Source: a virus (taxonomy: Duplodnaviria; Caudoviricetes). Taken from it: a stretch of DNA of 25,754 nt. Location of the stretch: positions 1 through 25,754 of IMG/VR virus record IMGVR_UViG_3300037631_004067, one strand, 5' to 3'. The notes beneath the pieces were generated by a model that did no database searches, was not told the origin of the DNA, and was given only the letters and a program-made list of their open reading frames with translations. Positions 1-8,554 of the stretch are shown here, piece after piece. The first letter of the stretch is position 1. Each line of letters opens with the position of its first letter. A program made the translations under genes and the position numbers.

Positions 1-175
1 TTGTTTCTGCGAGGGCGATACTTGGTTCGTCCCGTCCGTATTCAAGAAAGCATTGGTCAATTTCAATGCTGGCTTGCCGAATGTGGCGCTCAATGCGATT
101 TTCTGCTCGTGTGCGTTGCGCACTATCAAGAGAAAGTCTTGACCCAACATCTGCAACTTCACAATAATGCGTCAT
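1..175 (-). CDS. Putative head-tail adaptor/completion protein, 5' part (runs off the window)
   Basis: Not in the ORF track; translated by hand from ATG at 175 as MTHYCEVADVGSRLSLDSAQRTRAENRIERHIRQASIEIDQCFLEYG... The start overlaps the upstream stop (ATGA). The N-terminal YCxxxDV ... IxxASxEID pattern resembles gp36/gp6-type adaptors. Confidence 0.55.
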   Translation of the reverse strand, partial: MTHYCEVADVGSRLSLDSAQRTRAENRIERHIRQASIEIDQCFLEYGRDEPSIALAET

Positions 176-480
176 TCAAGAGCCTCCCTAAGTCGTTTGA
201 TAATTTCGTCCTTTGTTCCCTTTTCATCAATGCCGTGTTCTGCGCACAACGCTTTTAATTCGTCTTTACGCATACGCTTCATAGCAGAAGGAGAAGGCAG
301 GGATTTGATTTTTTCAATTGTTTCCTCAACAGATTGAACAATATCAAGTGCTTCATCAAGACTCAATTCGCCATCTTCAAGTGCTTCTTCGACTTTTGTG
401 CGCAGTTTCCGATAGTGTTTAAGACCAAACCCAACTGCAAAAATACCAAACCCTGCAACCAACATCAATTCTTCATTCAT
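172..480 (-). CDS. Small protein with N-terminal transmembrane helix and C-terminal SAP/HeH-like motif
   Basis: Likely start is ATG 480 (MNEELMLVAGFGIFAVGFGL, hydrophobic). The C-terminus MRKDELKALCAEHGIDEKGTKDEIIKRL matches the SAP pattern LxxxELKxxCxxxGLxxxGxKxxLIxRL. Confidence 0.7.
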   Translation of the reverse strand: MNEELMLVAGFGIFAVGFGLKHYRKLRTKVEEALEDGELSLDEALDIVQSVEETIEKIKSLPSPSAMKRMRKDELKALCAEHGIDEKGTKDEIIKRLREALE

Positions 481-655
481 TTTTTCCACTTCCTTTATAG
501 TCCACCGATACCGCTTTTGATAACGGGATAACTGTAAAATGATGGCTTTCGCCGTCCCTAAATAGACGGTAGCCATGCGGTGTCTCTTCAATGTTCACAT
601 TAGTGTAGCACCTTTCCGGTGGCTGATACACAATTTTTCCTTTTCGCTTACTCAT
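473..655 (-). CDS. Hypothetical protein (60 aa)
   Basis: Fills the gap in a tightly packed minus-strand operon, has AGGTGA upstream and overlaps both neighbours. Confidence 0.6.
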   Translation of the reverse strand: MSKRKGKIVYQPPERCYTNVNIEETPHGYRLFRDGESHHFTVIPLSKAVSVDYKGSGKNE

Positions 656-744
656 TTTTTTTTCACCTTTTTCTTAAAAATACTGTTTGTCACAATTTGT
701 TGCGCCATTACTTTTTCCACATATTCATCAAGCCATTTATCCAT
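652..744 (-). CDS. Small basic peptide (30 aa, MDKWLDEYVEKVMAQQIVTNSIFKKKVKKK)
   Basis: Below the ORF-track cutoff. A GAGGTGA SD precedes ATG 744 and the TGA stop overlaps the next ATG (ATGA). Confidence 0.5.
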   Translation of the reverse strand: MDKWLDEYVEKVMAQQIVTNSIFKKKVKKK

Positions 745-753
745 GTTTTCACC

Positions 754-3318
754 TCATGCAAATAATCCAAGAGCCTGTAATGCTGCTATAACTGAATCAA
801 GGCTTGTTTGTAATGCTACTTCGTTGGCACTTGCACCAACCGGATTGAAACCTGCTGCTGCGGGGCTAACTACGCTCTGTTGTGATACCGGCGTAGCCCC
901 TAAGAAGCCGATTTGCTTTGCTCCCGTTGCGCTATTGGAGGCCCGCTTGAGCGTAAGCAAAGCATCCGAAGCCGCAACCAAGTGGTTGCCTGCTAAGTTG
1001 CCGAATGCTATGTCTAATTGTCCTCCGTCTCGCTGTCCGATTTGAAATAGTGGAGCGTCAATTGTCGTCCCATCAACTGGGCTTGAGTTATCGTTTTGAA
1101 TTTGAAGGTGACCAAAATTGTTTATACGGAGATTTCCCCCGTTTCCTTGAAATCGGAATGGGAAGTTGCCTGTGCCAACAGCATGAATGGTGTTTTCGGG
1201 CGTATTCGTGCCGATACCCAAACGATTGTTTGCATCATCCCAATGCAGGTTTGCATCGTCCGAATCAAAAGCCGAGCCGTCGCTAAATTGGATAGAGCCA
1301 GCCGCACCCGATGGCGTTCCTCCGCCACCAGCAGGCAAGTCCACCCATGAAAGGGTTCCAGCACCGTCGGTTTGTAGGATTTGATTAGCCGCACCGTCCA
1401 CCCGTGGGGCTGTTCCGGCGAAGGTAAGAATTTCCTTGGTTTCGCCCCATGTCGCTTGAACATCGCCCTCTCCGCTACGGAAGAACAACGGCGTTTCATC
1501 CACACTACGAGAAGAGGATGAAGCGTCGGAAAAAATCTGCCATGCTCTATAATTGTCCGACCAGCCTTTCATGGTCATAACTGCATCCCAACTATTTGTT
1601 GAACCTGCGATGTCGTCGGTGAAGTCGAACGACACGGCTTTATCTTGAAAATCATTAGGCGCAACATCTCCATCGTCTCTTGAATCACGAATGCGAAGTT
1701 GGTTCACGCCACCATTTCGGCCAACCTTGATACCCTCACCCCGAATCCACTCCTTGACCTCGGTAAAGGTGATTTTGCGGTTTGTTCCGTTTGCTCCATC
1801 GTCAAGCAGAAGAAGGTCAGCATCAGCAATTGCCGTGTTAGCAGTTAAGGCTGAAATATCAACATCGGAGACTGATTGAAGGGCAGTATCGGCTAAAGCA
1901 CCTTGAGCCGCCGTAGCATAGAGGCCAGCGTGGTTGCCCCAAGCAAAGGCGGTATCACCTTGCGATACATCGCCGGAGCCAGCGTTTGTAATTAAAGCGG
2001 CGGGAGATGCACTAAATATAGGGTCGGTTTCAGCACCGCCTCCGCCGCCTCCGCCTCCGCCGCCGCCGCCACCGCTAATATGAGATGAACCGTAATATAG
2101 GCGGTTGTTATCGCCGCTATTCACCCAAATGGTGTTAGCGGCTACGCCACCGGGGTTTGCGGCAACAGGAGTCAATTCAAGTCCTGTTGGGTCAATCAAT
2201 CCTGAAACCGTCAATTTTCCATCAATCGTTAATTCATTGAGGTTGTTATCAAATGTCAATCGGGAAGAGGTCGAAAGTGCATTTGATTCTCCGCCAAAAG
2301 GAATGTATGTTTCGGGAATGTTGGTTAATCCTGTTCCGCCATCTGCAACACCAAGCAATTCACCTTCTTTGTGGTGATAGATGCCGTCAGCGACGGGGAA
2401 AAAGCCCCAAGTGCCTTTGATGGTCGGTCGGTTGATTAAATGGATTGCAGACGGCCCTGCGCCCTTTACAGACGCACCCACTTCAACGGTAAAATCATTC
2501 AGGCGTAGTCGTGCGCCTTGAGCGATTTTAGCCCATGCACCTGCGCCATCATCTGTTGCTGAAATTATCATTTTGTAAAATGAAAATGTGCAATTGTTGT
2601 ATTCGACAAGGTTTGATGTGGGAATCAAAAAACCTCCACTTTTTGCCTGAAATACCCATGTTGCATAGCCGCCGTCAAACGATGAAAAACCATCAACAAT
2701 AGCAATTTCCGAAGTGGTTGCGCTTAGAAGAAATCGCTTTGCTTTATCGTTGTCGGTTGGCGTATTTGACGCTGGTGCAAATGTTGAAACTCCATAATCA
2801 ACAGTCAATTGAAGCATATTAACATCGGTTGAATCTGCAACGGTTGGCGCAACATATTGAGGACTAAACGAAGCAGAACCGCCAAGTTTGACATAAGGAT
2901 AATACCCCGTATCAAAATAAAGCGTTCCTGTCGAATGCACAAGGGAATAAGACAAATTTTCACGGCTTGGTATGTCATAAAACACATTTTCGCTTGTTCC
3001 GTTTTCAACGAAACATGAATTGCTTTTATAGGGCGGCGTTCCTGAAAAGGAAAGCGTTGAAGGGATAGTGGATTTAATAGATGCGGGTTTGCTCACCTTA
3101 AGACCATTCAAAGAAACGCTCACTGTGAAGTCCACTGTATAAATATAATTTGCTTGGATTTCGATTTCATCAAGTGCGGCTATATTGAAATCGCAGTCTT
3201 GATTGCCCAACGAATCAAAAATGGCTTTGTCGCCCGTAGTCGGGACTCCAACGGGAATCCAATTATTATTGATGGAGGCATCGGTTGAAACCGTTCCAGC
3301 CCATGTGTAGTCCGTCAT
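754..3318 (-). CDS. Large virion fibre/spike-like structural protein (854 aa)
   Basis: Rich in Ser/Thr/Gly/Ala with a beta-rich N-half. Contains fibre-typical segments GVADGGTG, ETDPIF, TAAQGALADTALQS, ILQTDGAGTLSW and WDDANNRLGIGTNTP. Lies downstream of the head genes. Confidence 0.7.
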   Translation of the reverse strand: MTDYTWAGTVSTDASINNNWIPVGVPTTGDKAIFDSLGNQDCDFNIAALDEIEIQANYIYTVDFTVSVSLNGLKVSKPASIKSTIPSTLSFSGTPPYKSNSCFVENGTSENVFYDIPSRENLSYSLVHSTGTLYFDTGYYPYVKLGGSASFSPQYVAPTVADSTDVNMLQLTVDYGVSTFAPASNTPTDNDKAKRFLLSATTSEIAIVDGFSSFDGGYATWVFQAKSGGFLIPTSNLVEYNNCTFSFYKMIISATDDGAGAWAKIAQGARLRLNDFTVEVGASVKGAGPSAIHLINRPTIKGTWGFFPVADGIYHHKEGELLGVADGGTGLTNIPETYIPFGGESNALSTSSRLTFDNNLNELTIDGKLTVSGLIDPTGLELTPVAANPGGVAANTIWVNSGDNNRLYYGSSHISGGGGGGGGGGGGGAETDPIFSASPAALITNAGSGDVSQGDTAFAWGNHAGLYATAAQGALADTALQSVSDVDISALTANTAIADADLLLLDDGANGTNRKITFTEVKEWIRGEGIKVGRNGGVNQLRIRDSRDDGDVAPNDFQDKAVSFDFTDDIAGSTNSWDAVMTMKGWSDNYRAWQIFSDASSSSRSVDETPLFFRSGEGDVQATWGETKEILTFAGTAPRVDGAANQILQTDGAGTLSWVDLPAGGGGTPSGAAGSIQFSDGSAFDSDDANLHWDDANNRLGIGTNTPENTIHAVGTGNFPFRFQGNGGNLRINNFGHLQIQNDNSSPVDGTTIDAPLFQIGQRDGGQLDIAFGNLAGNHLVAASDALLTLKRASNSATGAKQIGFLGATPVSQQSVVSPAAAGFNPVGASANEVALQTSLDSVIAALQALGLFA
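2035..2073 (-). repeat. GGN codon run encoding 13 consecutive glycines
   Basis: On the + strand: acc gcc tcc gcc gcc tcc gcc tcc gcc gcc gcc gcc acc. Confidence 0.9.
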
Positions 3319-3710
3319 ACATCTTCCATCCGAGAATTGCTTGAGTCAAGGGCAAATGCACTGCCCCCTCTTTCAGCAACCTGCGAAAGCAGTTTCTCGG
3401 CTTGTGCTTCAAAAGACTTTAACTGTGCTGAAAGCCGAATATCTGTTCTCCGTTGTTCGGGTTCGGGAACATACATAGGAATAGTGTCAATCATAACTCG
3501 CAAACAATCCACGCAAACGAGAAACTTGATTGCTGATTCTGCTTGGGTATCGGAAACACCTTCGTCAAGACCAAGGCCATAGAGCGTCGAAGAACGGCGT
3601 GATTTATTCACTTCTTCGGTGCGAATAATAATGTATTCACTAATCGTTGCTTCATTTAAGCCTCTCGGCCTATTAAGCAAATCACGAATCTGCGTTGTCG
3701 TTATCGCCAC
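3315..3710 (-). CDS. Putative head-tail connector/adaptor (131 aa)
   Basis: Size, predicted helical character and position shortly downstream of the major capsid gene; function is inferred from context. Confidence 0.55.
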   Translation of the reverse strand: MAITTTQIRDLLNRPRGLNEATISEYIIIRTEEVNKSRRSSTLYGLGLDEGVSDTQAESAIKFLVCVDCLRVMIDTIPMYVPEPEQRRTDIRLSAQLKSFEAQAEKLLSQVAERGGSAFALDSSNSRMEDV

Positions 3711-4116
3711 TGTTCTTCACCTTTTTCTTTGACTGCTTCTTCTTTGGTGTTTTTTTCTTTAGTGCGGGTGCTTTTTCAACCTTTGGTTCTTCATAAGCCT
3801 CGGTCTGCGGCACATCAATAAGAGTATGGATTTTTTCATTAAAGAAAGCACGGCCCAATGGGAACATAGCGCCTGTTTTAATTAGAGAGCGTGCAAAGGC
3901 ACTGTTAGGAACAAAAATAACTGTTCCAAGAGGTATTTCGACAGGCAATTGTTGGCGAGCATAAAATCGGCTCTTGATTCTGCGAAACAGATAACCTTTG
4001 CCTTCTTCCCAAGAATTGAGTCTGTGCATCATAGCAGAAAAGGAATCTTCCTTTGGGATTGGAATACCCTTTTCCTTAAGAGCCTTTGCGACTGCGGCCT
4101 TAGACTTCATCATCAT
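3682..4116 (-). CDS. Hypothetical basic protein (144 aa), Lys-rich C-terminus
   Basis: Operon packing with overlaps on both sides and GGTGA immediately upstream. Confidence 0.65.
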   Translation of the reverse strand: MMMKSKAAVAKALKEKGIPIPKEDSFSAMMHRLNSWEEGKGYLFRRIKSRFYARQQLPVEIPLGTVIFVPNSAFARSLIKTGAMFPLGRAFFNEKIHTLIDVPQTEAYEEPKVEKAPALKKKTPKKKQSKKKVKNSGDNDNADS

Positions 4117-4339
4117 TCACCACTGCTTTAATTGAATCATCCATTGATTCGTCAATTGGTTCAGGAAGGACTTCTTTCTTCTTTTTGGGCTTAGACTTAG
4201 GCTTCTGCGCAAATTGTGCGCACAAGTCTTGCACTTTGCGCCGATTTGTTTCTGCGCAAACCTGTTCAGCCTCTTTGTCTGTCAAAGAACGACCGAGAAT
4301 GTTCTCGGCGTAGCCTTTCAAGAAGTCAGCCCTGCTCAC
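4100..4339 (-). CDS. Hypothetical protein (79 aa) directly after the major capsid gene
   Basis: GTG start preceded by GGCGGTGA; typical position of a small post-capsid gene. Confidence 0.6.
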   Translation of the reverse strand: MSRADFLKGYAENILGRSLTDKEAEQVCAETNRRKVQDLCAQFAQKPKSKPKKKKEVLPEPIDESMDDSIKAVVNDDEV

Positions 4340-4356
4340 TTAATCACCGCCTATTC

Positions 4357-5259
4357 TCAAGCGGTAATGTTCGTGATTTTGCAGATACGGTTTGAGAGGC
4401 CGGAAGCCGCACCGTCTTGGTGTTCGTGAATGACACAGCCCATGTAGCCCGTAAGCATCCAATCATAGCCAACACCGGGGATTCGAGTCAATTCCGTTTC
4501 CATGAAGCCATCGCCGTTGTAAGTGAAGAACTCGGCAGTTTCAGCGCCGGGAATCAACAGAAGGGCGGTGTCGTCAAGGAGAGAATCACGACTATAATAG
4601 ATGGTGAGGTTCGTCATGCGCTTGAGGTGTTCCTCAAGGGACTCCACGACATTTCCGTAAAGGGTCGTCTGCAAAAGAACATTTCGGTGCTTGGTTGGGA
4701 CGATGAGAGCCATTGGCTCGTTGCCCGACACACGACCGTTCTCAAAGATTTTATCCATAGCGGAAAGAATGTTTGCCTCGGCATCAGCAGAAGCCGAATC
4801 CCATTCCGAGCCACCAGCAACAACAACACTTTGACCTGCGCCATCCAAGAGAGCGTCAATAATCAAGTTGTCAATGACAGTTGCACGGTTGCGCACAATA
4901 GCCATTTGTTGTCGGTCGAGGTTCTCAAAGGACTCGCCACGAAGAAGGGTGGAGTCAAGGAAGATACATCGGCCTTGACCCTTCTTCAAGTGAACCGAAT
5001 AGTTTTCCGTTCCAATCTTGGTCGGGTCGGCGGTTGCGTTGTCGGCAAGGGGATAAGAGAAGGTTCCTTCTGCGCCCGAATACCAAGTGAACTCCAACCA
5101 GCCAACACTGCGCACACCGACAACTTGTGTGCCGACTGCAATAGTGGTGGACTGCAATTCAATGAAGTCTCGGAGAGTTTGTTCAAGGACGGCATCGGCC
5201 TGTCCGAATGGCCCTGCGGCGGCTTCAACAGTAAGGATTTCTTCAAGTGTTTGTTTCAT
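4357..5259 (-). CDS. Major capsid protein (HK97 fold, probable)
   Basis: 300 aa with a strong GAGGTGA SD and biased codon use. It follows protease/scaffold and decoration genes in the canonical order. The W..ADAEANILSAMDKI..G....MALIVP segment fits the HK97 A-domain pattern. Confidence 0.75.
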   Translation of the reverse strand: MKQTLEEILTVEAAAGPFGQADAVLEQTLRDFIELQSTTIAVGTQVVGVRSVGWLEFTWYSGAEGTFSYPLADNATADPTKIGTENYSVHLKKGQGRCIFLDSTLLRGESFENLDRQQMAIVRNRATVIDNLIIDALLDGAGQSVVVAGGSEWDSASADAEANILSAMDKIFENGRVSGNEPMALIVPTKHRNVLLQTTLYGNVVESLEEHLKRMTNLTIYYSRDSLLDDTALLLIPGAETAEFFTYNGDGFMETELTRIPGVGYDWMLTGYMGCVIHEHQDGAASGLSNRICKITNITA

Positions 5260-5289
5260 ATCATTTCACCTCAATTTTTGTTTTTGTCA

Positions 5290-5691
5290 TCAAGCGATGT
5301 CTGCACCAGCAGTCATCACAGGAATAAGGTCGCCATCGGCGGTGGTTGTCGTTCCCTCGCCCACATAAAGGCCGAGTTTCTTGTTTGAGCCAGCCGTAGC
5401 AGTAGCAAGACCGCCAGCACCGACATACACGGTGTCGCCCAAAGCCCAAGTAATGCCCGTTCCCGAAGCACACATCAGCATACCGCCGAGAGGGTAAAAG
5501 GAAACCATGCCGCCCGTGACAAGGCCGCTTGCGTCGCGTTCGGACTCATCAGCAGACACACCAAGGCAAACCTCGGTGACTGCGCTCAAGTCGAGCGTGT
5601 TTGTTCCGTCTTGAGCCAACAGATAGCCAATGCCGCTAACTGTGCTTCCAGCCTTCAATGTTCCGTTTCGTGGGGTATTTAATGCGGTCAT
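5290..5691 (-). CDS. Capsid decoration/cement protein (probable)
   Basis: Gly/Ala/Thr-rich beta protein with the motif WALGDTVYVGAGGLAT...KLGLYV...ADGDLIPV, typical of cement proteins. The GAGGTGA SD favours ATG 5691. It sits between scaffold and capsid genes. Confidence 0.65.
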   Translation of the reverse strand: MTALNTPRNGTLKAGSTVSGIGYLLAQDGTNTLDLSAVTEVCLGVSADESERDASGLVTGGMVSFYPLGGMLMCASGTGITWALGDTVYVGAGGLATATAGSNKKLGLYVGEGTTTTADGDLIPVMTAGADIA

Positions 5692-5701
5692 ATTCTTCAC
5701 C

Positions 5702-8134
5702 TCAAATCAAGTTTTTCTCCTTTGCTTCTTCAAAGGAAGGAGCGCGCATGTTATCTTCAGATGCGCCAAGGGTCTGATTCCAGCCCTTAGCCCATGCGTT
5801 CCAAGCCTTTGCGTAAAGCGTTTGTGGAGTCTTTAGGAGTTTGCGGTTAAGATAGTTTGCTACAACCGCTTCTTCGGATGCTTCAACCTTTGCTGGTTCA
5901 GCGCCCATGTTAGATGCAACGGGGTTCATTTCCTTAACAGGTTCTTCCGTTGCTGGTTCTTCAACAACCATTTTAGCCTCAAAGGAAGCAATAATGGATT
6001 CGAGAGTTTCGGATGGGAGAGCGTCAATTCCTGCAATTCCCATATCGGAGGCTTTTTGCACAAGAGCAAGTCGGGCTTCTTCGGCCTTTGCTTCTTCTGC
6101 GGCTTTGATAGTATTCAATTCTTCTTCCTTAGCGGCGAGGGAAGCCTTCAATGCTTCAATCTCGGCGGCAAAGTCCGGGGTTTCGTCAGCGACGACTTCC
6201 TCGGACGCTTCCATGATAATTTCTTCATCGGACATGGGTGTTCTCTCCGTTGCGATATTTGAGGAAGAGTCCTTTTGTCTATTAAAGGCTTCTTCTGATT
6301 TTTGCATATTTACCTTTTCCACGCTTTCAATCTTTGCGCCGGAATAAGCAGGACGATGAACAATAGCCAAATGGTCAAACTCAAAATTGCTTTCAAACAA
6401 CATAATAGTTTTTCCATCGGCGGCTTCAATCATTTCATCAGGAACGCCTGTTCCACCAATAGATACACCATACCCTTGCCTTAGCCAAAGACCGGATTCA
6501 AGAGCCTCAAACAATTCGCTTCGGAAAACATCTGCCTTAAACCGCACTTCCCAAGCACCGCCAGCAAGGTCATGCACGCTTGCTTCACGAACAATACCGA
6601 CGACTGCTTCATCGACACCGCCATCCATGTTTCGTCGGAAACGACCCATTTCAGCCTTTGGGTGATTTAGCGTCAAATCGCCGCCGACCATTTGCTCAAC
6701 AGCAAGGTCTGCGCCTTTTCTTGACAATTCCCATCCGTTTTTGTTCACACCGTTATGGAATGCGATACCACTAATACGCACAACTTGACGACCCGTGCTG
6801 GCTTCAACGATAGTATCATCCACTGAAATGTCATCAATATCAAGCGTGACTGCTACACGCATACATTCTCCGTTGCGCATAACTTCTCCAACGCCACATT
6901 CGCTTTGATTGTAGCCCATAACTTCTTCTTCATCATCGTCGTAATAAGAAGCAGTCATTTTATCCTCGTATTCTTCGTGACTACGGCACGGCATAAAAAC
7001 AGTCTTTCCATCACGGGTATGACTGTGCATACCTGAACAACCAACCTCTCTTGCACGGCTCATAGCCTCGCCGGGGTTGTCGAACACATCACGACCCATT
7101 TCATTCTCGCTTGCGTCATGGGAGTCATTTTTGTCAAACCAGCGTTGAAATGTTTCTTCGTCGGGGCCGGGAAAATACATTGTCACGCCATCTGCGGTTT
7201 TATCAGTGTGGATTGAACCACCAAAGCCAATTTCACGGGATTTGGCTTCTGCACCCTCGCGTGTCATAAAGATATAGTCCTCCATGCCTGCTTGCAGAGT
7301 ATCTTCGCAATCGTTGCATCCACAACCACAATCGCCCATATCATTTTTATGAGAGTTGTTTGTTTTATCAATTTCACTACTGGTATAATCCGTGACAGAT
7401 TTTCCTCGTTCCCACATTTTACACGACCAATATCGTGCTTTCCACTTTGGGCCGGGACTATCGCAGTTATGACGACTTCGGAAGTTTTTGCGCCGTTGTG
7501 GGTCATCACGCTTAATTTCCATGTTAGGGTCGCCAAAGCGCACAATAACAACAGTGCCTTTTTCGTTTTTTGTATAAACGGCAAACTTTTTTGATTCTTT
7601 GGGTGTTCGGAATGGTTTGTTTAATTTGACTTTGCGACCTTGATATTCTGCGGCCTCAAACACTTGCTCGTCCCAATCTTCATATCCTTCATTGGTTTCT
7701 TCTGCCCGTGGATGCGATTTAGGAAGAAGGTCATTATCCTGTTTGTAGTTTGGGTTGCTTGGTCGTCCGTTGCGTAGCAAATAAAGAAAAGCCTTTACCC
7801 GTGCGATACCCCAACCACCACGGGACATATTCGGTGCGTGGCTTCGAGAGAATGCACCAGCACCACGACGATAAACAGACTTTAGACGACCCATGCTGGC
7901 CTTTGAGCCTTTTCCTTTAGCGGAAACCTTTTTGTTGTGTTCAGTCATCATTTTGCGCAAACGGGCTTCCGTTTCCTTGCTAACCTTGATACTCTTATTT
8001 GGTTTCTTTGCAGAACCCGGTTTGTTTTTCTTTGAGCCTTTGCGCCGTTCACTTGGCTTGGCGGGAGTTTTGCGTGGGTCATTTTTGCCCGGTCGCCCAT
8101 ATTGCAGAGCCTCGACGGTTTCTTTGTCGGTCAT
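5702..8134 (-). CDS. Multidomain prohead protease/scaffold protein (810 aa)
   Basis: The protease-like core RISGIAFHNGVNKNGW...LNHP...VSIGG...FDHLAIVHRPAYSGAKI is followed by an acidic coiled-coil scaffold. Several small basic or Cys/His domains precede it. It lies between portal and capsid genes. Confidence 0.7.
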   Translation of the reverse strand: MTDKETVEALQYGRPGKNDPRKTPAKPSERRKGSKKNKPGSAKKPNKSIKVSKETEARLRKMMTEHNKKVSAKGKGSKASMGRLKSVYRRGAGAFSRSHAPNMSRGGWGIARVKAFLYLLRNGRPSNPNYKQDNDLLPKSHPRAEETNEGYEDWDEQVFEAAEYQGRKVKLNKPFRTPKESKKFAVYTKNEKGTVVIVRFGDPNMEIKRDDPQRRKNFRSRHNCDSPGPKWKARYWSCKMWERGKSVTDYTSSEIDKTNNSHKNDMGDCGCGCNDCEDTLQAGMEDYIFMTREGAEAKSREIGFGGSIHTDKTADGVTMYFPGPDEETFQRWFDKNDSHDASENEMGRDVFDNPGEAMSRAREVGCSGMHSHTRDGKTVFMPCRSHEEYEDKMTASYYDDDEEEVMGYNQSECGVGEVMRNGECMRVAVTLDIDDISVDDTIVEASTGRQVVRISGIAFHNGVNKNGWELSRKGADLAVEQMVGGDLTLNHPKAEMGRFRRNMDGGVDEAVVGIVREASVHDLAGGAWEVRFKADVFRSELFEALESGLWLRQGYGVSIGGTGVPDEMIEAADGKTIMLFESNFEFDHLAIVHRPAYSGAKIESVEKVNMQKSEEAFNRQKDSSSNIATERTPMSDEEIIMEASEEVVADETPDFAAEIEALKASLAAKEEELNTIKAAEEAKAEEARLALVQKASDMGIAGIDALPSETLESIIASFEAKMVVEEPATEEPVKEMNPVASNMGAEPAKVEASEEAVVANYLNRKLLKTPQTLYAKAWNAWAKGWNQTLGASEDNMRAPSFEEAKEKNLI

Positions 8135-8136
8135 TT

Positions 8137-8553
8137 TTACTCACTGTCCTTTTTCTTAAAAACTGCCTTTCCTTCTGCAACCAACTGTATTTTTGCTCGG
8201 CGTTCTTCGGCATCCATAATGTGTTTATGTTCTTGAGCCTTAAGAGCCATTTGACGCTCTAATTCTGCACGGGCTTCCATAACACGGGTTTGGGATTCAA
8301 TAACAGATGGGTGCAATTCTGTTTCAGTCTGTTGCTCTTGTTTCCACAACTCAAGCATAGTTGCGAAGGCTGGCTGTGCCGTTCCACCTATAATTGCGAT
8401 AAGGGCGATAAAACCTTCAATGTTTTCAAGAACAACATCGGGCTTGGCGATACCCATAGCCACTACTGCGCCACTTGCCGCAAGCCACAAATATACTGCT
8501 GGCAGGGCCGTCCATTTAATCATGCGGTCGTTCACGGAGTCTTTATGCGCCAT
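8137..8553 (-). CDS. Membrane protein with two TM helices and a coiled-coil tail (holin-like topology)
   Basis: Hydrophobic stretches WTALPAVYLWLAASGAVVAMGI and GFIALIAIIGG; AGGTGA SD. Confidence 0.65.
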   Translation of the reverse strand: MAHKDSVNDRMIKWTALPAVYLWLAASGAVVAMGIAKPDVVLENIEGFIALIAIIGGTAQPAFATMLELWKQEQQTETELHPSVIESQTRVMEARAELERQMALKAQEHKHIMDAEERRAKIQLVAEGKAVFKKKDSE

Positions 8554-8554
8554 A

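Noticed and set aside
4417-5388. 323-aa plus-strand ORF
   Set aside because: Antisense shadow of the codon-biased major capsid gene with no recognisable motifs.
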